DNA of 64,000 bases from Bugula neritina (GCA_964035545.1 OZ037770.1:7880973-7944972); one strand, 5' to 3'; shown: positions 38,968 through 51,626, counted from the stretch's first letter. Notes: generated from the sequence alone by a model not told the origin. Made by a program: numbers and translations.

Positions 38968-41702
38968 GACTACTACTACTGAATGCCAGGTCTGTCAAAG
39001 GCAAATCCCCAGAATTGACATCTCTTGCTATGAATTACGATATAGTGTGTGTCACTGAAACCCATGTTGATGAGAGTGTCACTGATAAACAAATCCTGGA
39101 TCTCTCTCAGAAGACTGTCTTTCGATGTGATAGGAACCTTCACGGTGGTGGTGTAATGATTGCCATTGACAATACACTGAGTGTTAAACATGTAGAAGTC
39201 GGATCAGCAGACCTGGAAATAGTTGTCCTAAGACTAGATGATAATACTATTATTGGGTGTTTCTATAGACCCAACATTGCACACAGTCTCTCTCAATTTT
39301 GGCTTCTCCTCGAAGAAATTTCTAGCAAATATCCTACCGATCGAATAATCATAACTGGTGATTTCAATCTTCCCAATGTTGATTGGAAATATACCCAACT
39401 AAAAAAAAACTGCCAATATCAAGCCCTTCACCGAGAGTTTCTCAATTTAATTGCTGAAAATAACCTGACTCAACTCATTGACCAACCTACTCACATCCAG
39501 GGTAATACTTTAGATCTCATTCTCACAAATCAACCCAAAGACATTCAATCAATCAATATTGTTGAACCTGGCTTAAGTGACCATTTTCTTATTGAGGCTT
39601 CTATACAACATAGAGTGGCTACTACTAGTGTCACACCTCAATTGAAATACATTAAACTATACCGCCAAGCTAATATTGAGGGTTTCCGAGAACAAATGTC
39701 TCATGTACAACTTCAGCTGGAAGAAATGAGTGATGTCGATAGCATGTGGCCGCTGTTTGTCTCCCAACTTAGAAACTCAATCTCTAACCACGTCCCTATA
39801 AGAATATGCAAACCAAAAGGTGATCAACCTGCATGGTTCAATCTTAGAGCGAAGAAACTAGTCCAGAAACAACGTGAAACGTATAACAAATTTAAACAAA
39901 CAAATGACCCTTTTTTTCTGACAAAATACAAACAACAAAGACGTGACACTAAACGCACTCTGAGAGAACTAAGGAACAACTATACCACTGAAGTGGTATG
40001 CGGACCATTGGAAGCTGGAAACAGCAAACCCTTCTTTAAATATCTGAAGAATATTCAGAACAAAACAAAACCCATGCTGACACTTACTCACCCTAATGGT
40101 ACTTCCACAACTGATCCTCGAGAAAATGCTGAGATACTCAATAATTTTTTTCAGCAACAGTTCTGCCAGCAAGATTTCTTCACCGACGACCTCCCTTATC
40201 ACTCTGATGATGATGATCTGAATGTGACTCCCGATGGGGTGGAAAAGCTTCTGAACGATCTCAAAACTGGTAAGGCACCTGGTCCGGACGGACTTAACAA
40301 AGAGGATCTCTGCATCGATACTAGATTGATAGCCAACTGCCTAACACTAATCTTTAACGCATCCTTGCGCAGTGCCAAACTTCCTGCGGGATGGAAGCTA
40401 GCCAACATCATCCCTGTCCACAAGAAAGGCCAGCTAGATATGCCAAACAACTATCGACCAATATCATTAACCAGTATACCTTGCAAGTTACTGGAACACA
40501 TTGTGCTACACTATCTCAATAAACTGTTAGATCCCATCCTCCATAATCGTCAACATGGTTTCCGTCGTGGCTTGTCCTGCGAAACACAGCTTTGTGGAAC
40601 CCTCCATGAAATTGCCAGGTCAATGAACAACTCTCACACCACTCATGCTCTTGTCCTCGACTTCCAGAAGGCCTTCGACAAAGTCCCCCACAAGCTACTC
40701 ATACATAAGTTAAGCGTCGTTGATGGAATTAATCCTCACATACTCCGATGGCTCCAGAATTTTTTGACAAAGCGAGAGCAGCAAGTAATCATAGATGGCC
40801 ACTCTTCTGGTAGATTACCAGTCTTTTCTGGCGTTCCACAGGGCTCTGTCCTGGGGCCCACCCTATTCCTTCTTTACATCAATGATCTCCCTGATCTACT
40901 AAGTTGCAGTGTCAGTTTATTTGCTGATGACACACTGATTTTTCAAGAGGTGGACTCCCTAGATGATGTCCGAAAATTCCAAAAGAATATTGAACAGATT
41001 GAGAATTGGTCTCTGAAGTGGAAGATGCCGTTCAACTCCTCAAAATGCCGAATCATGTCATTTGGCAAAGATCCCCAAATTCTACCATCATATCGACTAG
41101 GGGGAGAAACATTGCCTTACGTAGATGAGATTACCTACCTTGGAGTTACACTACAATCTAACCTCAAGTTTCACAGCCACATAACTAAGAAAATAAACAA
41201 AGCATACAAGGTTCTTGGCATGCTAAAGCTATCCCTCTATGGAGCTCCCAAGAAAGCAAAGCTGCTGGCATATATGACTCTCTGCAGACCTATACTAGAA
41301 TACGCTGCAACCACTTGGGATCCTGTAACAAAGCAACTTGTGAAAGAAATTGAGTTAGTCCAGAACCGAGCTATTAGATTCATCTGCTGTCTCAAAGGCC
41401 GGGAGGCTAGCATCAGTGATGCAAGAGAACAACTCAACATATCATCACTGGAAGATCGTCGCAAAAGCCTACGAATAACCCTCCTTTTGAAGATCCTGTC
41501 CAAAGAAGAATGTCATCAGGCATTATCTTCCAGCTACACTGAACTGACAAGGGACAAATCAACCGCTACCGTTACCACGAGGGCTGCCTCTAACGGAATA
41601 CCAACTGCGATATCTGCCATGTGCACAGCATATCATAACAGCTTCCTACCGCGCACTATTAGAGACCTAAGAATTGGAACTCCCCAAATACTTGATAAAT
41701 GA
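38892..41702 (+). CDS. LINE ORF2 (APE endonuclease + reverse transcriptase); stop-to-stop frame shown
   Basis: LLLNARSV, VTETH, GDFNLP, LDLILTN, SDHF; APGPDG, NYRPISLTS, DFQKAFD, GVPQGSVLGP, LFADD, YLGV; C-terminal SFLPRTIRD. No stops or frameshifts. Confidence 0.96.
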   Translation, partial: NTNKNTEFGGLGQYEPSNRESTHPLRLLLLNARSVKGKSPELTSLAMNYDIVCVTETHVDESVTDKQILDLSQKTVFRCDRNLHGGGVMIAIDNTLSVKHVEVGSADLEIVVLRLDDNTIIGCFYRPNIAHSLSQFWLLLEEISSKYPTDRIIITGDFNLPNVDWKYTQLKKNCQYQALHREFLNLIAENNLTQLIDQPTHIQGNTLDLILTNQPKDIQSINIVEPGLSDHFLIEASIQHRVATTSVTPQLKYIKLYRQANIEGFREQMSHVQLQLEEMSDVDSMWPLFVSQLRNSISNHVPIRICKPKGDQPAWFNLRAKKLVQKQRETYNKFKQTNDPFFLTKYKQQRRDTKRTLRELRNNYTTEVVCGPLEAGNSKPFFKYLKNIQNKTKPMLTLTHPNGTSTTDPRENAEILNNFFQQQFCQQDFFTDDLPYHSDDDDLNVTPDGVEKLLNDLKTGKAPGPDGLNKEDLCIDTRLIANCLTLIFNASLRSAKLPAGWKLANIIPVHKKGQLDMPNNYRPISLTSIPCKLLEHIVLHYLNKLLDPILHNRQHGFRRGLSCETQLCGTLHEIARSMNNSHTTHALVLDFQKAFDKVPHKLLIHKLSVVDGINPHILRWLQNFLTKREQQVIIDGHSSGRLPVFSGVPQGSVLGPTLFLLYINDLPDLLSCSVSLFADDTLIFQEVDSLDDVRKFQKNIEQIENWSLKWKMPFNSSKCRIMSFGKDPQILPSYRLGGETLPYVDEITYLGVTLQSNLKFHSHITKKINKAYKVLGMLKLSLYGAPKKAKLLAYMTLCRPILEYAATTWDPVTKQLVKEIELVQNRAIRFICCLKGREASISDAREQLNISSLEDRRKSLRITLLLKILSKEECHQALSSSYTELTRDKSTATVTTRAASNGIPTAISAMCTAYHNSFLPRTIRDLRIGTPQILDK

Positions 41703-42342
41703 TAACCTGAAAGGTACTACAATTGCCAAATTTAAAATGCATAATGTATGCAAATACAGTTATAATTCTATGTCAAATGTATTGTAACAAGCTGCTGAGG
41801 CACGCCTCTTGCGCCTTATGGTGATCTAGCGTGTGCTAAAGTCGAAGTATCGAAGTATCGAAGTAAGTAAGTATTGGTATTAAAACCTAAAGTTGATACA
41901 AAGTGCAATACAGATTTATCGAGGTTTTTGCAGTTTTTAAAAAAAACAACTTTTTCATCACGATATGATATAAAATTAAATGACCAAAATAGATATTGCT
42001 TGCAATGCTAATAACTGACAAGTAATAATACTAGACCTAGTACTTAGAGTTCGTAGCAACAGTCGCAGAAATTTGCTTATACTTTCAAGCTGAAAATAAG
42101 ATTTTAGTGAGTCAGTTTTAGCTATTTACTTGCATTATTTACTGTATGGCTATTGGGTGACGTTTTAAGTTTAACAAATTGGAACGCGAGTATTTTGAAA
42201 AGGATTTTAACACGTATTTATTTAGTTTACGGACCCGCCCGTTCTAAAATGGGTGCAAAGGCAATGAATGAACAGTTGTAATTTCTCTGTGACTGAATCC
42301 GGAGGTTTTTAAACTTCAACTTGACTCCAGCACATCACCAGC

Positions 42343-45300
42343 ATGGCTAGTGTCCGAAAAAACAAACGCTCAAAGCACCAGGTAAGGTTCCATTATTGTG
42401 ATTATACGATAATTACAACGTTTTGTTTTATGACAAACATTTAATTTTATAGTTGTACTTTAATAATCATAATGATATAAATTAAAATATACTAATAGTA
42501 ATAGTAATAGTAATACTTATACTTAGTCTTACAGTAACAGTTACAGTTATACTCAGTAAATTACTATTACTATTACTGTATTACTATTAGTATTAGTATC
42601 ACTATTAGTATTACTATTACTCAGTAATAGTAGTACTACTAGTAATAGTAACTGTAAGACTCATAACTCCTAAGTCATAGTCATACTCATACTGACAGTG
42701 ACACTGTCACAGCCCAACAGTCACAGCCCAACAGCCACAGGCACAGCCTACAGGCAACAGCTACAGCTACTGCAAGTTTCGTCTAAAATTATTTTGTTTC
42801 TACTAATTAATCATTTACTTTTACTTTTAGTAACTTGATAAGTTCAAGTTTTACTAAATCTAATACTAATACTAATAGTAATATTAATAGTAGCAGCAAT
42901 AGTAAACACTTACAGTAAAATTAAATGTAATACTAAGTCTAATAGTAATACTAATAGTAATACTCATAGTAATACTCATAGTAATAGTAATAATAATACT
43001 ATGTCTAATGGTAAATGGTAATGTAATTACTAAACAATAATTATACTCGCTGAATGATGTATAATAATATTAATATAATACTTTTTTTTTAATCATTAGG
43101 AATTAGAGTTTAGACTTAGTGATTAGATTAGTCTTATCAATTAATAAGTTCTGTTACATAATGATAATTAAAATAAAAATATTGGATCTAATATAAAATA
43201 TAAATCATTAATTGATTAAAATGATTTAAATAATAAAATATTTATGTTGTTATAAAATAGTTGATATAAATATAAAATAATAAATGTAATTATATTTATA
43301 TAAATATGGAAATAAAGTAACATCCACAATAGTTTTAATGATTAAAGTTAAATAATTAAATTTATTAATTAAATGTAATAATAATAGTAAAAAGTAATAA
43401 TATTATTCCTTATGACTATGCTCATTTGTTACTGCTCTACTATTTCCCTATTGTCAATTTGTAGTTCCCAGTAGAAAATTGTTGATCTTGAGCTGCTACC
43501 AATAGTTATGTTGTTTCATTTTTAACCATCCAAATTCTAACCAGTTCTATGAGTATGTTATTTTTCTTCTCTTCTAATTTACTAATTTAAATTTCTAGTG
43601 CTACTGCTGTTTTTTCCTTTAGACAGTTATTCAATACTGTGTCTACACTCATACATGTTCTCTTTGTGTAATATGCCATGCTGCATTCTGTAATCCTTAC
43701 ACGTTCTTCAATACGCTCACTTTTTTCTATCTTTTCTTGCTCTTGGGTAAAGTGCATATTAACTGTCATTATCTTTCTAATTAGTGTTGTATTGTGAGTA
43801 GTTGTAAAATAGGCTCCAAGTGGTGACTCATGTAACTTCTCTTTCAATTAACTCGTTTCGCACTAAACTCTGATTCTAATGACCAACATCTAATTACTAG
43901 TCTAGTTTCCTGCCATTAGACAGAACACGTCTGCTAGTTTCATGACTCTGCCGTTTGCTTGGTCGAAATGTCTTTCGTAAGCTTACTTTGCACTTCTATC
44001 TCAGCCGCTGAGTAAAGTAGTTGTTGACTTCAAAATACTGAAAGAATGTATCTTTTCACTGCATATAAGAGTTTTATATAACTTTTTAGAATAATATTTT
44101 AGTTCAAATCCTATGCTAGACATATCTATTCAAAAATGAATACAGGCTTGAAGTCATGTTCATTTCTTGCTCCTTTGTATTTATATTCCACCCTTCTCGA
44201 AATGATTTCAATTTAGTACAGATATTGATGCCCTGCTTAGTACATCAGTATGAGTTTTATTTGTCCACTTTCCATTAACTGCTTAGAAAGTGGAAGATTT
44301 ATACAGCAATTTGATACTATACTAATGATTTTTGCATTGCCACTAAAGTATTAAGTCAGCAAGGTCTTGGAATTGCCCAATGTACTGCAAAAAATACTCA
44401 AAAGCTAAAAGCATAGTGCAACTTATTTAATGTTTGAGTTATCTTCTTTGTAATAAGGGTAAACAACTCCAAGTTTAATTCCTAAAATATACTAATTTTA
44501 ATGCATTTACATTATATAAGAGAAATAAGATTATATTATAAAATAATATAATGTAGGGTTAATCAACCAGATAATTGTACAGTAGCTATGACCCTATTAT
44601 AACGTAACAGTTTTTATACAAAAAATTATTTTTATTATATTGATGATGATAAGTGATAATTATACTTGCATTAGTGATATTCCTAAGTAGTAAATGTTAG
44701 ATTTAGTAGTGTTTAAACATTTTGATACATGAACTAGTCTAAACTGTAAAGAAAAGATCTTTCAGCTGCAACCCTAACTCATTATACCTACAAGTTTATA
44801 TGTACTACTAGTTGTGTCTGATACCTACTACACTAGGTAGAGAATACCTCACAATATAGCACTCTAAAGTAATCAAATTAGTAAAAATATTTCTATTCTG
44901 GCTTGTGTCTTCTTTTAGGAAATCTTTCTAATCAGTTTTTACAAAATATTTGTTTATATCTTATAATATCTCACAATAATGCTGTCTCCTTAATGTTTTT
45001 CAACATACAATACTTGCCATAGCTTTGCTTGTGTGTTGACATAATTTTCAGACTACAAATAATAATGGTCAAAATTTGTGGTGACCAAAGTTTATAAACT
45101 TTATGTACAACATTTGTAGCCCTATATTACAAAACCTCTAATTAAATAGTTAGAGCTCTAAACTATACTACTATAACTATAATACTATAAACTACAATTT
45201 GATATTTAAAATAATTTGAAAGGAACTATGTTACTTGTGTTCTACGTTATACTTACATGGTAAGCAACTTAACCATATTATTCCAACTTAAGTTGTGAGA

Positions 45301-48300
45301 TTTCTATACCATCTGTTGTAACGTACAGTAGGCGAAGGTATATTATATGATCACTCACTTGGTGTGATGTGAACCGTATCCAGACACTGCATGGTTAAGC
45401 CACGTGTATCAAACTATTACTATGCAACTTATTGGTGGTTATTAGCGAGCTCCTTCAACCACTGCGTGCAGTACTTAGCATACTACCACTAGGATACAGT
45501 ACTTGGTGTTTAGTACACAACTACTGCCACAGTAGCAATAGACTATATTCTATAAAGCTGTACAGAAACGAAATATAGTCAACTACTTTGACAATGTCTT
45601 GCTGCGATTCTCATAGTAATCATAATAATCATCATATGTTATATGTAAGTAACTCATACTACTGAATCTGTTGAGAGTAATCCTTATTTTGTATTAGATA
45701 GTACCTACGTTCTGTATGCTATAATATAATAGTAATTTATATTATATAATATTTTATATGTATCATAGCATAGTGTTGTAAAACTCACTCAATGAGATGA
45801 CCATTTGACAGACTCTAACTCTTATTATTTGGAAGTGTTAAAATAGACATTTTTGTTAAAATGCTGTTTCTCAAATATATTCAAGTTTTTCTTACTACTA
45901 AAATATACAAGTCCTAAAGTAATGAAGTCCTAAAGTACTTGGTGTCCAAGTCTTCAAGTGACATAGTTCTGAAACACTCAAGTTTACAATTCTTGGGGGT
46001 CTTTTGCCACACAATATTTCTTATATTTCCAAAAGCGTGTGGTTTTCAAGTTATCAAAAAATTGACAAAAAAACTAAAATATAAAGTTTTGTAATACAAA
46101 GTATGACTGTATCACATGAGTACACTTTAATATACTCTACACTCTGCTACAGGATGATGATGTTGATGAACTGAAACCCGACAAGAGAGACTATGCTGTG
46201 GCCCAATACTTACATAATAAACTGCCTCCACGGGTAGGCGACTTGCATGGCATGGAAGTGAGCTGCTTCTTTGGTGAGTGCAGACACCTCTTGATTGTCA
46301 GTCATGTTTGAGTGATCGTAATCCAAGACAGTTTAGTGTCTGCTTGGAATACTTTTAGCAATAATATGTGTATAATGCATGGATTAAGCTGTAATAACTC
46401 ATTGTAAACAATTGCTTTATATAATATGTCACGTGTAATATTATGTAAAAAAATATATTACATATAGTTATATATAATTTATAAAATTATATATAATATT
46501 ATGTACATTATATATAATATATTATTTGTATAATAATATTATGTATGTACTATATTATGTATGTACTATATTATGTATATACTATATTATTCACGTCACA
46601 GCTGAGGATGCAGTAAACTGCCTACTCGACTCCCCCTGGGCTAGTGGTGATGAATGCATATTTACCGACCGACGTTCCGTCATGGAGTTCTGTAACCTTC
46701 TGATTGCGAAAGAGCTCTTCCATAGAGCTGTTTTGGCAAAGCGAAGGCAGAAACCTAAGGCTATAGATGGCAATGATACGCCAGGAGAGAGCGGGACGGA
46801 GGTACGTATTTCTGTCTCTACTCTCAATTATTCTCCGGTGATGTGGCACAGAATATGAGTCTAGCTTGTGTTGGTGACAGCTCATTTATCATGTGCATTC
46901 TGTCCTGTACCAACAGGAAACGTGAGAATTGTTACGGAGATGGTTATTTTCCTATTAGCATGTATTGATTGTGCACAAGTATCATCACATTGTATGGAAG
47001 TAGTTATATGGCTTTGTTCAGCTGAATGTATAATAAACTGTCTGTAATGTAACTGCTAGAGTGTGCTGCGATGAGAGACACCTGTTACATGGTGTCAATA
47101 CTGCACGTGTCAGGAAATACTTGTGCAATGGCCACCCAAGATGTTAGCAGCAGGCCACCCAGGAGTGGCTTTAAAGCTGTAGGTCTAGAAGGCCGGTTGT
47201 ATTAGTTTCTCATTGAAGTAATAGGATCTGATAGAATGAATTTTGACCAGCAAAGAGCAGCTCTGCATTTGTTCTTCGTCCAAATATCCAGACACTAGAA
47301 GATGGTATGTGGACATGGAAGTGAACTGCTTTAGAATGTATTTGACAAGTTCTAGAAGATTCCAGAGTGTCAGTTGTGTTGGTCTCTTCCCAGTGTTCAT
47401 GTTTAGACGTATAGTACAGCAGACGTATAGTACAGCAGACGTATGGTACGGCAGACGTATAGTACAGCAGACGTATAGTACGGCAGACGTATAGTACAGC
47501 AGACGTATAGTACAGCAGACGTATAGTACGGCAGACGTATAGTACGACAGACGTATAGTACGGCAGACGTATAGTACGGCAGACGTATAGTACGGCAGAC
47601 GTATAGTACAGCAGTCACTTACTCATAACCTTCTCATTGCAGGGCAAGAAGAAGAAAAAATCCAAACGAAAAGAAGGTGAAGATTCAAAATCAGAAGAGA
47701 AGAGCAAAAAAAGTGAAGTCAAAAAAGTGAAAAAGCTGAAGCTAGAAATGAGTGAAGACCAGACATTCGTCGATGGCCGAGAGGTGAGTGCCTGTAACTT
47801 AGCCTGGGGTAGCCTGGCCTGGGGTGACCTGGCCTGTGGTAGAGTAGCCTGACCTGGGGTGGAGCCTAGCATCTAGTAGAATAGCCTGGGTGTAAGCTAT
47901 GCATGTTATGGTAACTGCATATGGTTTGTAAATCTCAGTGTTTTTGTCCAACACAATGGTTGTTCTCTTGTAATACTCATTTTATTCTAGTGTAATACTC
48001 ATTTTATTCTAGTATAATACTCAGTTTATTCTAGTATAATACTCAGTTTATTCTAGTATAATACTCAGTTTATTCTAGTATAATACTCAGTTTATTCTAG
48101 TATAATACTCAGTGTATTCTAGTATAATACTCAGTTTATTCTAGTATAATACTCAGTTTATTCTAGTATAATACTCAGTTTATTCTAGTATAATACTCAG
48201 TTTATTCTAGTGTAATACTCAGTTTATTCTAGTATAATACTCAGTTTATTCTAGTATAATACTCAGTTTATTCTAGTATAATACTCAGTTTATTCTAGTA

Positions 48301-50593
48301 TAGTACTCAGTTTATTCTAGTATAGTACTCAGTTTATTCTAGTATAATACTCAGTTTATTCTAGTGTAATACTCAGTTTATTCTAGTATAATACTCAGTT
48401 TATTCTAGTGTAATACTCAGTTTATTCTAGTATAGTACTCAGTTTATTCTAGTATAGTACTCAGTTTATTCTAGTATAGTACTCAGTTTATTCTAGTATA
48501 GTACTCATTGTGATCTGTTGTAGCCATTTGTGTGGATATATGAACCGGTGTCTTGGACAAAGTGGCTCATAGGTTTCGGTATATGTAAGTATCTTGTTTA
48601 TATGATTAGCTATTAGGTAAAGGTTGACTTTACTGCATTACATTACAATATATTATGGTCTATTTAGCTATATATTTTATACTAATGAAACTGTAGCCAT
48701 TGCACTATATTATTCAGTATATAATATGTACTATAACCATTATATTACTCAGTATTTAATATGTACTATAACCATTATATTACTAAGTAGTAAATACATA
48801 ATAAATACCCTTTGTATTCTATTACTAAGTAATATAGTGTATTAAAACTGTAGTATTTGGTGCTGTGGCTCTGTGTTGCTATCCACTGTGGCCTGACTGG
48901 ATGAGAATGGCAGTTTACTATCTCAGTTTATGTGGAGCTGGTTTCCTTGGAGTTATTCTCTCTCTTGCCATATGTAAGTATGACACCCGAGTACTGTGTT
49001 ATAGCATAGATGTAGTTTACTGTATACTTCAGTGCACTATACTGTATATTTCAGTACACTATACTGTATACTTCAGTACATTATACTGTATACTTCGGTA
49101 CACTATACTGTATACTTCAGGCCATTATACTATATACTTCGGGCTATTATACTGTATACTTCGGTAAATTATACTATATACTTCAGTACATTATACTGTA
49201 TACTTCAGTACATTATACTGTATACTTCAGTACATTATACTGTATACTTCAGTACATTATATTATATACTTCAGTACATTATACTATATACTTCTGTACT
49301 GTGTGTTTTCTATGATCTATTGCTTGTTTTAGTGCGTTACGTCGTATGGGGAATTGTCTACGCACTCTCTATGGGTAAACACAGCTTCTTCCTTTTCCCC
49401 AACCTAACAGAAGACTGTGGCTTCTTTGAATCCTTTGTTCCTGTATATGAGTACAATAAAGTTGGCGAAGAAAAAGAAAAAAAGTCAAAGAAAAATAAAG
49501 GTGAGCTTTCTGCACAGTTTCTGGTCCAAGTTACTCTTTTGAATTAATTGTTGTCACGACTCAGTAGTCACTGATGGTAATTCTAGAGTCCTGAATTGAT
49601 ACTCTGATTGGATATTGTAAAGAAGGTGTAATGGGAAGATAACTTTAACTTCTTCATTTATTACCGTCGACATGTAGTGTTGGAAGGCAAATCTGCATGA
49701 TTTTTACTTCTAGTTGCATTCTAGCCTCTACAGTTAGCTTCGTCTTTGTTTATAGTGTTTGATAGTTTTGTATCTGCCAGTTTATTTGGTGACTAGTTGC
49801 ACGTTTTTGTGGGTAGAACGTGTACAAACAGAGAGTTAGTGAGTCATGAATAAGTGGGCAGAATATAAATATAATGCAGAGAGTGAGTGGATAGGATGAG
49901 AATAGACGGGGAGAGAGTGGGTAAGGAGAGGGTGCATAAGTAGAGAGAGGGGGGGGAGGGAGGGAGGGGAGAGAGAGAGTGGGTGGATAGGGAGTGAGTG
50001 GAATAGGGAGGGAGAGTGGGTGGATAGGGAGAGAGTGGGTGGATAGGGAGAGAGTGGGTGGATAGGGAGAGAGTGGGTGGATAGGGAGAGAGTGGCTAGG
50101 GAGAGAGAGGGAGAGGGGAGAGAGAATGGGTGGATAGGGAGAGAGTGGCTAGGGAGAGAGAGGGAGAGGGGAGAGAGAGTGGGTGGATAGGGAGAGAGTG
50201 GATAGGGAGAGAGAAAGAGGATAGTGGATAGGAAGAGAATAGGTGACTGCGTTGATCACAAATCAGTTGCTTAAAGCTTGAAATAAACTGATTGAACTTT
50301 TTACTTTGTCTGTTGGATCTACCCTGACAGTTACTCAGCACAGTTGGTTGAGTTTACCTTCTTCTGTGTAGCAACAAGCTGTTTTCTCTGCTCACGTGCT
50401 TCATCTCTTCTCTTGTTTTACAGCTAAAGAGGCTGAAGAGGAGACTACTTCCACAGAGCTTGCTTCAGGTGACAGTGCTGTTGACCCACCTATTGATGAT
50501 GCGGGTGCTGGCGGTAAAGATGGAGATACTGGTAGTGAGAACAGTCAGCCTTCTGATTTTGAAGTAATTCAAGATTCAGAGATTACCTCCTAA
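42343..50593 (+). CDS. SEC62: Translocation protein SEC62
   Basis: Eight in-phase exons: 42343-42381, 46153-46273, 46602-46801, 47643-47783, 48524-48584, 48854-48973, 49333-49500, 50424-50593. Motifs: AVNCLLDSPW, FHRA, KKLKLEMSEDQTFVDGREPFVWIYEP, CYPLWP, FLFPNLTEDCGFFESFVPVY, C-terminal DFEVI. Confidence 0.95.
47405..47613. repeat. 16-bp minisatellite (AGACGTATAGTACRGC)n
   Basis: About 13 copies ending ~30 bp before the SEC62 exon 4 acceptor. Confidence 0.93.
47970..48507. repeat. 22-bp minisatellite (TAATACTCAGTTTATTCTAGTA)n
   Basis: About 24 copies ending ~16 bp before the SEC62 exon 5 acceptor. Confidence 0.95.
49018..49300. repeat. 22-bp minisatellite (TGTATACTTCAGTACATTATAC)n
   Basis: About 12 copies filling most of SEC62 intron 6. 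Confidence 0.92.
49875..50242 (+). repeat. Purine-rich GGG repeat tract (GGGTGGATAGGGAGAGAGT)n
   Basis: Strongly G/A-biased tract with regularly spaced GGG runs. Confidence 0.88.
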
Positions 50594-51626
50594 AGTAGAG
50601 TTGGTAGCTCTTCGTCTTAATGCATCCGTCGTTATTTTTAATTTATAAAATATAATAAGCAATACTATATCGGCAATGTCTTTTAAATTTTATTTTATCT
50701 TTTGTTGTTTTGTTAACTCTCTTATCTTACTGGAAACAGAATAAAATTAACTAATCAAATTGGTTTCTATATTCATGGACTTATCAATCAGAAATGTGAT
50801 TTGATTTGCTTAGCACCATATTGGCATAATTACTGTTTGTGTAGCAGCATTTCTTTTTTAAATCGGCAATTTTTCTACTATGTCAATAGGCATCATCTGC
50901 CACATTACAGCCCTCATGCACTCAGTAAACTATTGCTATGAAAGATGTATTGCCCCTTCCCCCCCAAACATTAACACCATTAATAACACCAGCTATTCTG
51001 TGCCACTGGAGAAGTAAATTATATTTGATAAATCTACAGACTTCTAGTTTGTCTTGTACCAAGTTTATGTAATAATATATAAAGTACATAATATAACATG
51101 ATAGGCACTGGCTATCTAATGCTTGATAAGATGTATTTCTAAAACTGCATGTAATAGAGGGAAATTGTTTCAAAATTTATATCAATATAATAATATAAGC
51201 ACATATTTGTACAAGTAAAATACATCTATACAAACATAGTATATGCTGTAACCTTTAACCAATTAACATAGAGATAGCATGTGCGAAAAGCTTACAAAAT
51301 GACAGATGCAAAGAATTGCCCACCATGACAGAGTTAGCTGTCCAGCATGGTTATTCATAAGATTGTCTGTAAATTCAACCTCTAAAGTCTAAACAAACGA
51401 GTGGAGGGTTTAGCAAGCGCTATCTTTTAAGATGGAAGGTTTATGTACATAACACTGCTGTATATATCCTAGTGTTAGTTATGAGTATAAAGCTTTTGGT
51501 GAGAGTTTACTTCTCCCATCATCCTTATACTTCTCATGTTCTCATGTAATTGAACTCTCACAGACATGTAAAACATACAACACGACAGCCATCCTGGTCT
51601 AGGTTAAAAGTTCCTATCTAGACAAA

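Larger units (their letters stand above)
37886..41865 (+). mobile_element. Apparently full-length, intact CR1-group non-LTR retrotransposon (LINE)
   Basis: ORF1 + APE/RT ORF2, short UTRs, 3' tail (TCGAAGTA)x3; candidate TSD AGTAAG at 37880-37885 and 41866-41871. Confidence 0.92.

Noticed and set aside
43587-43847. 86-aa ORF as a retroelement or GIY-YIG remnant
   Set aside because: No convincing motif; cannot be supported without a profile search.
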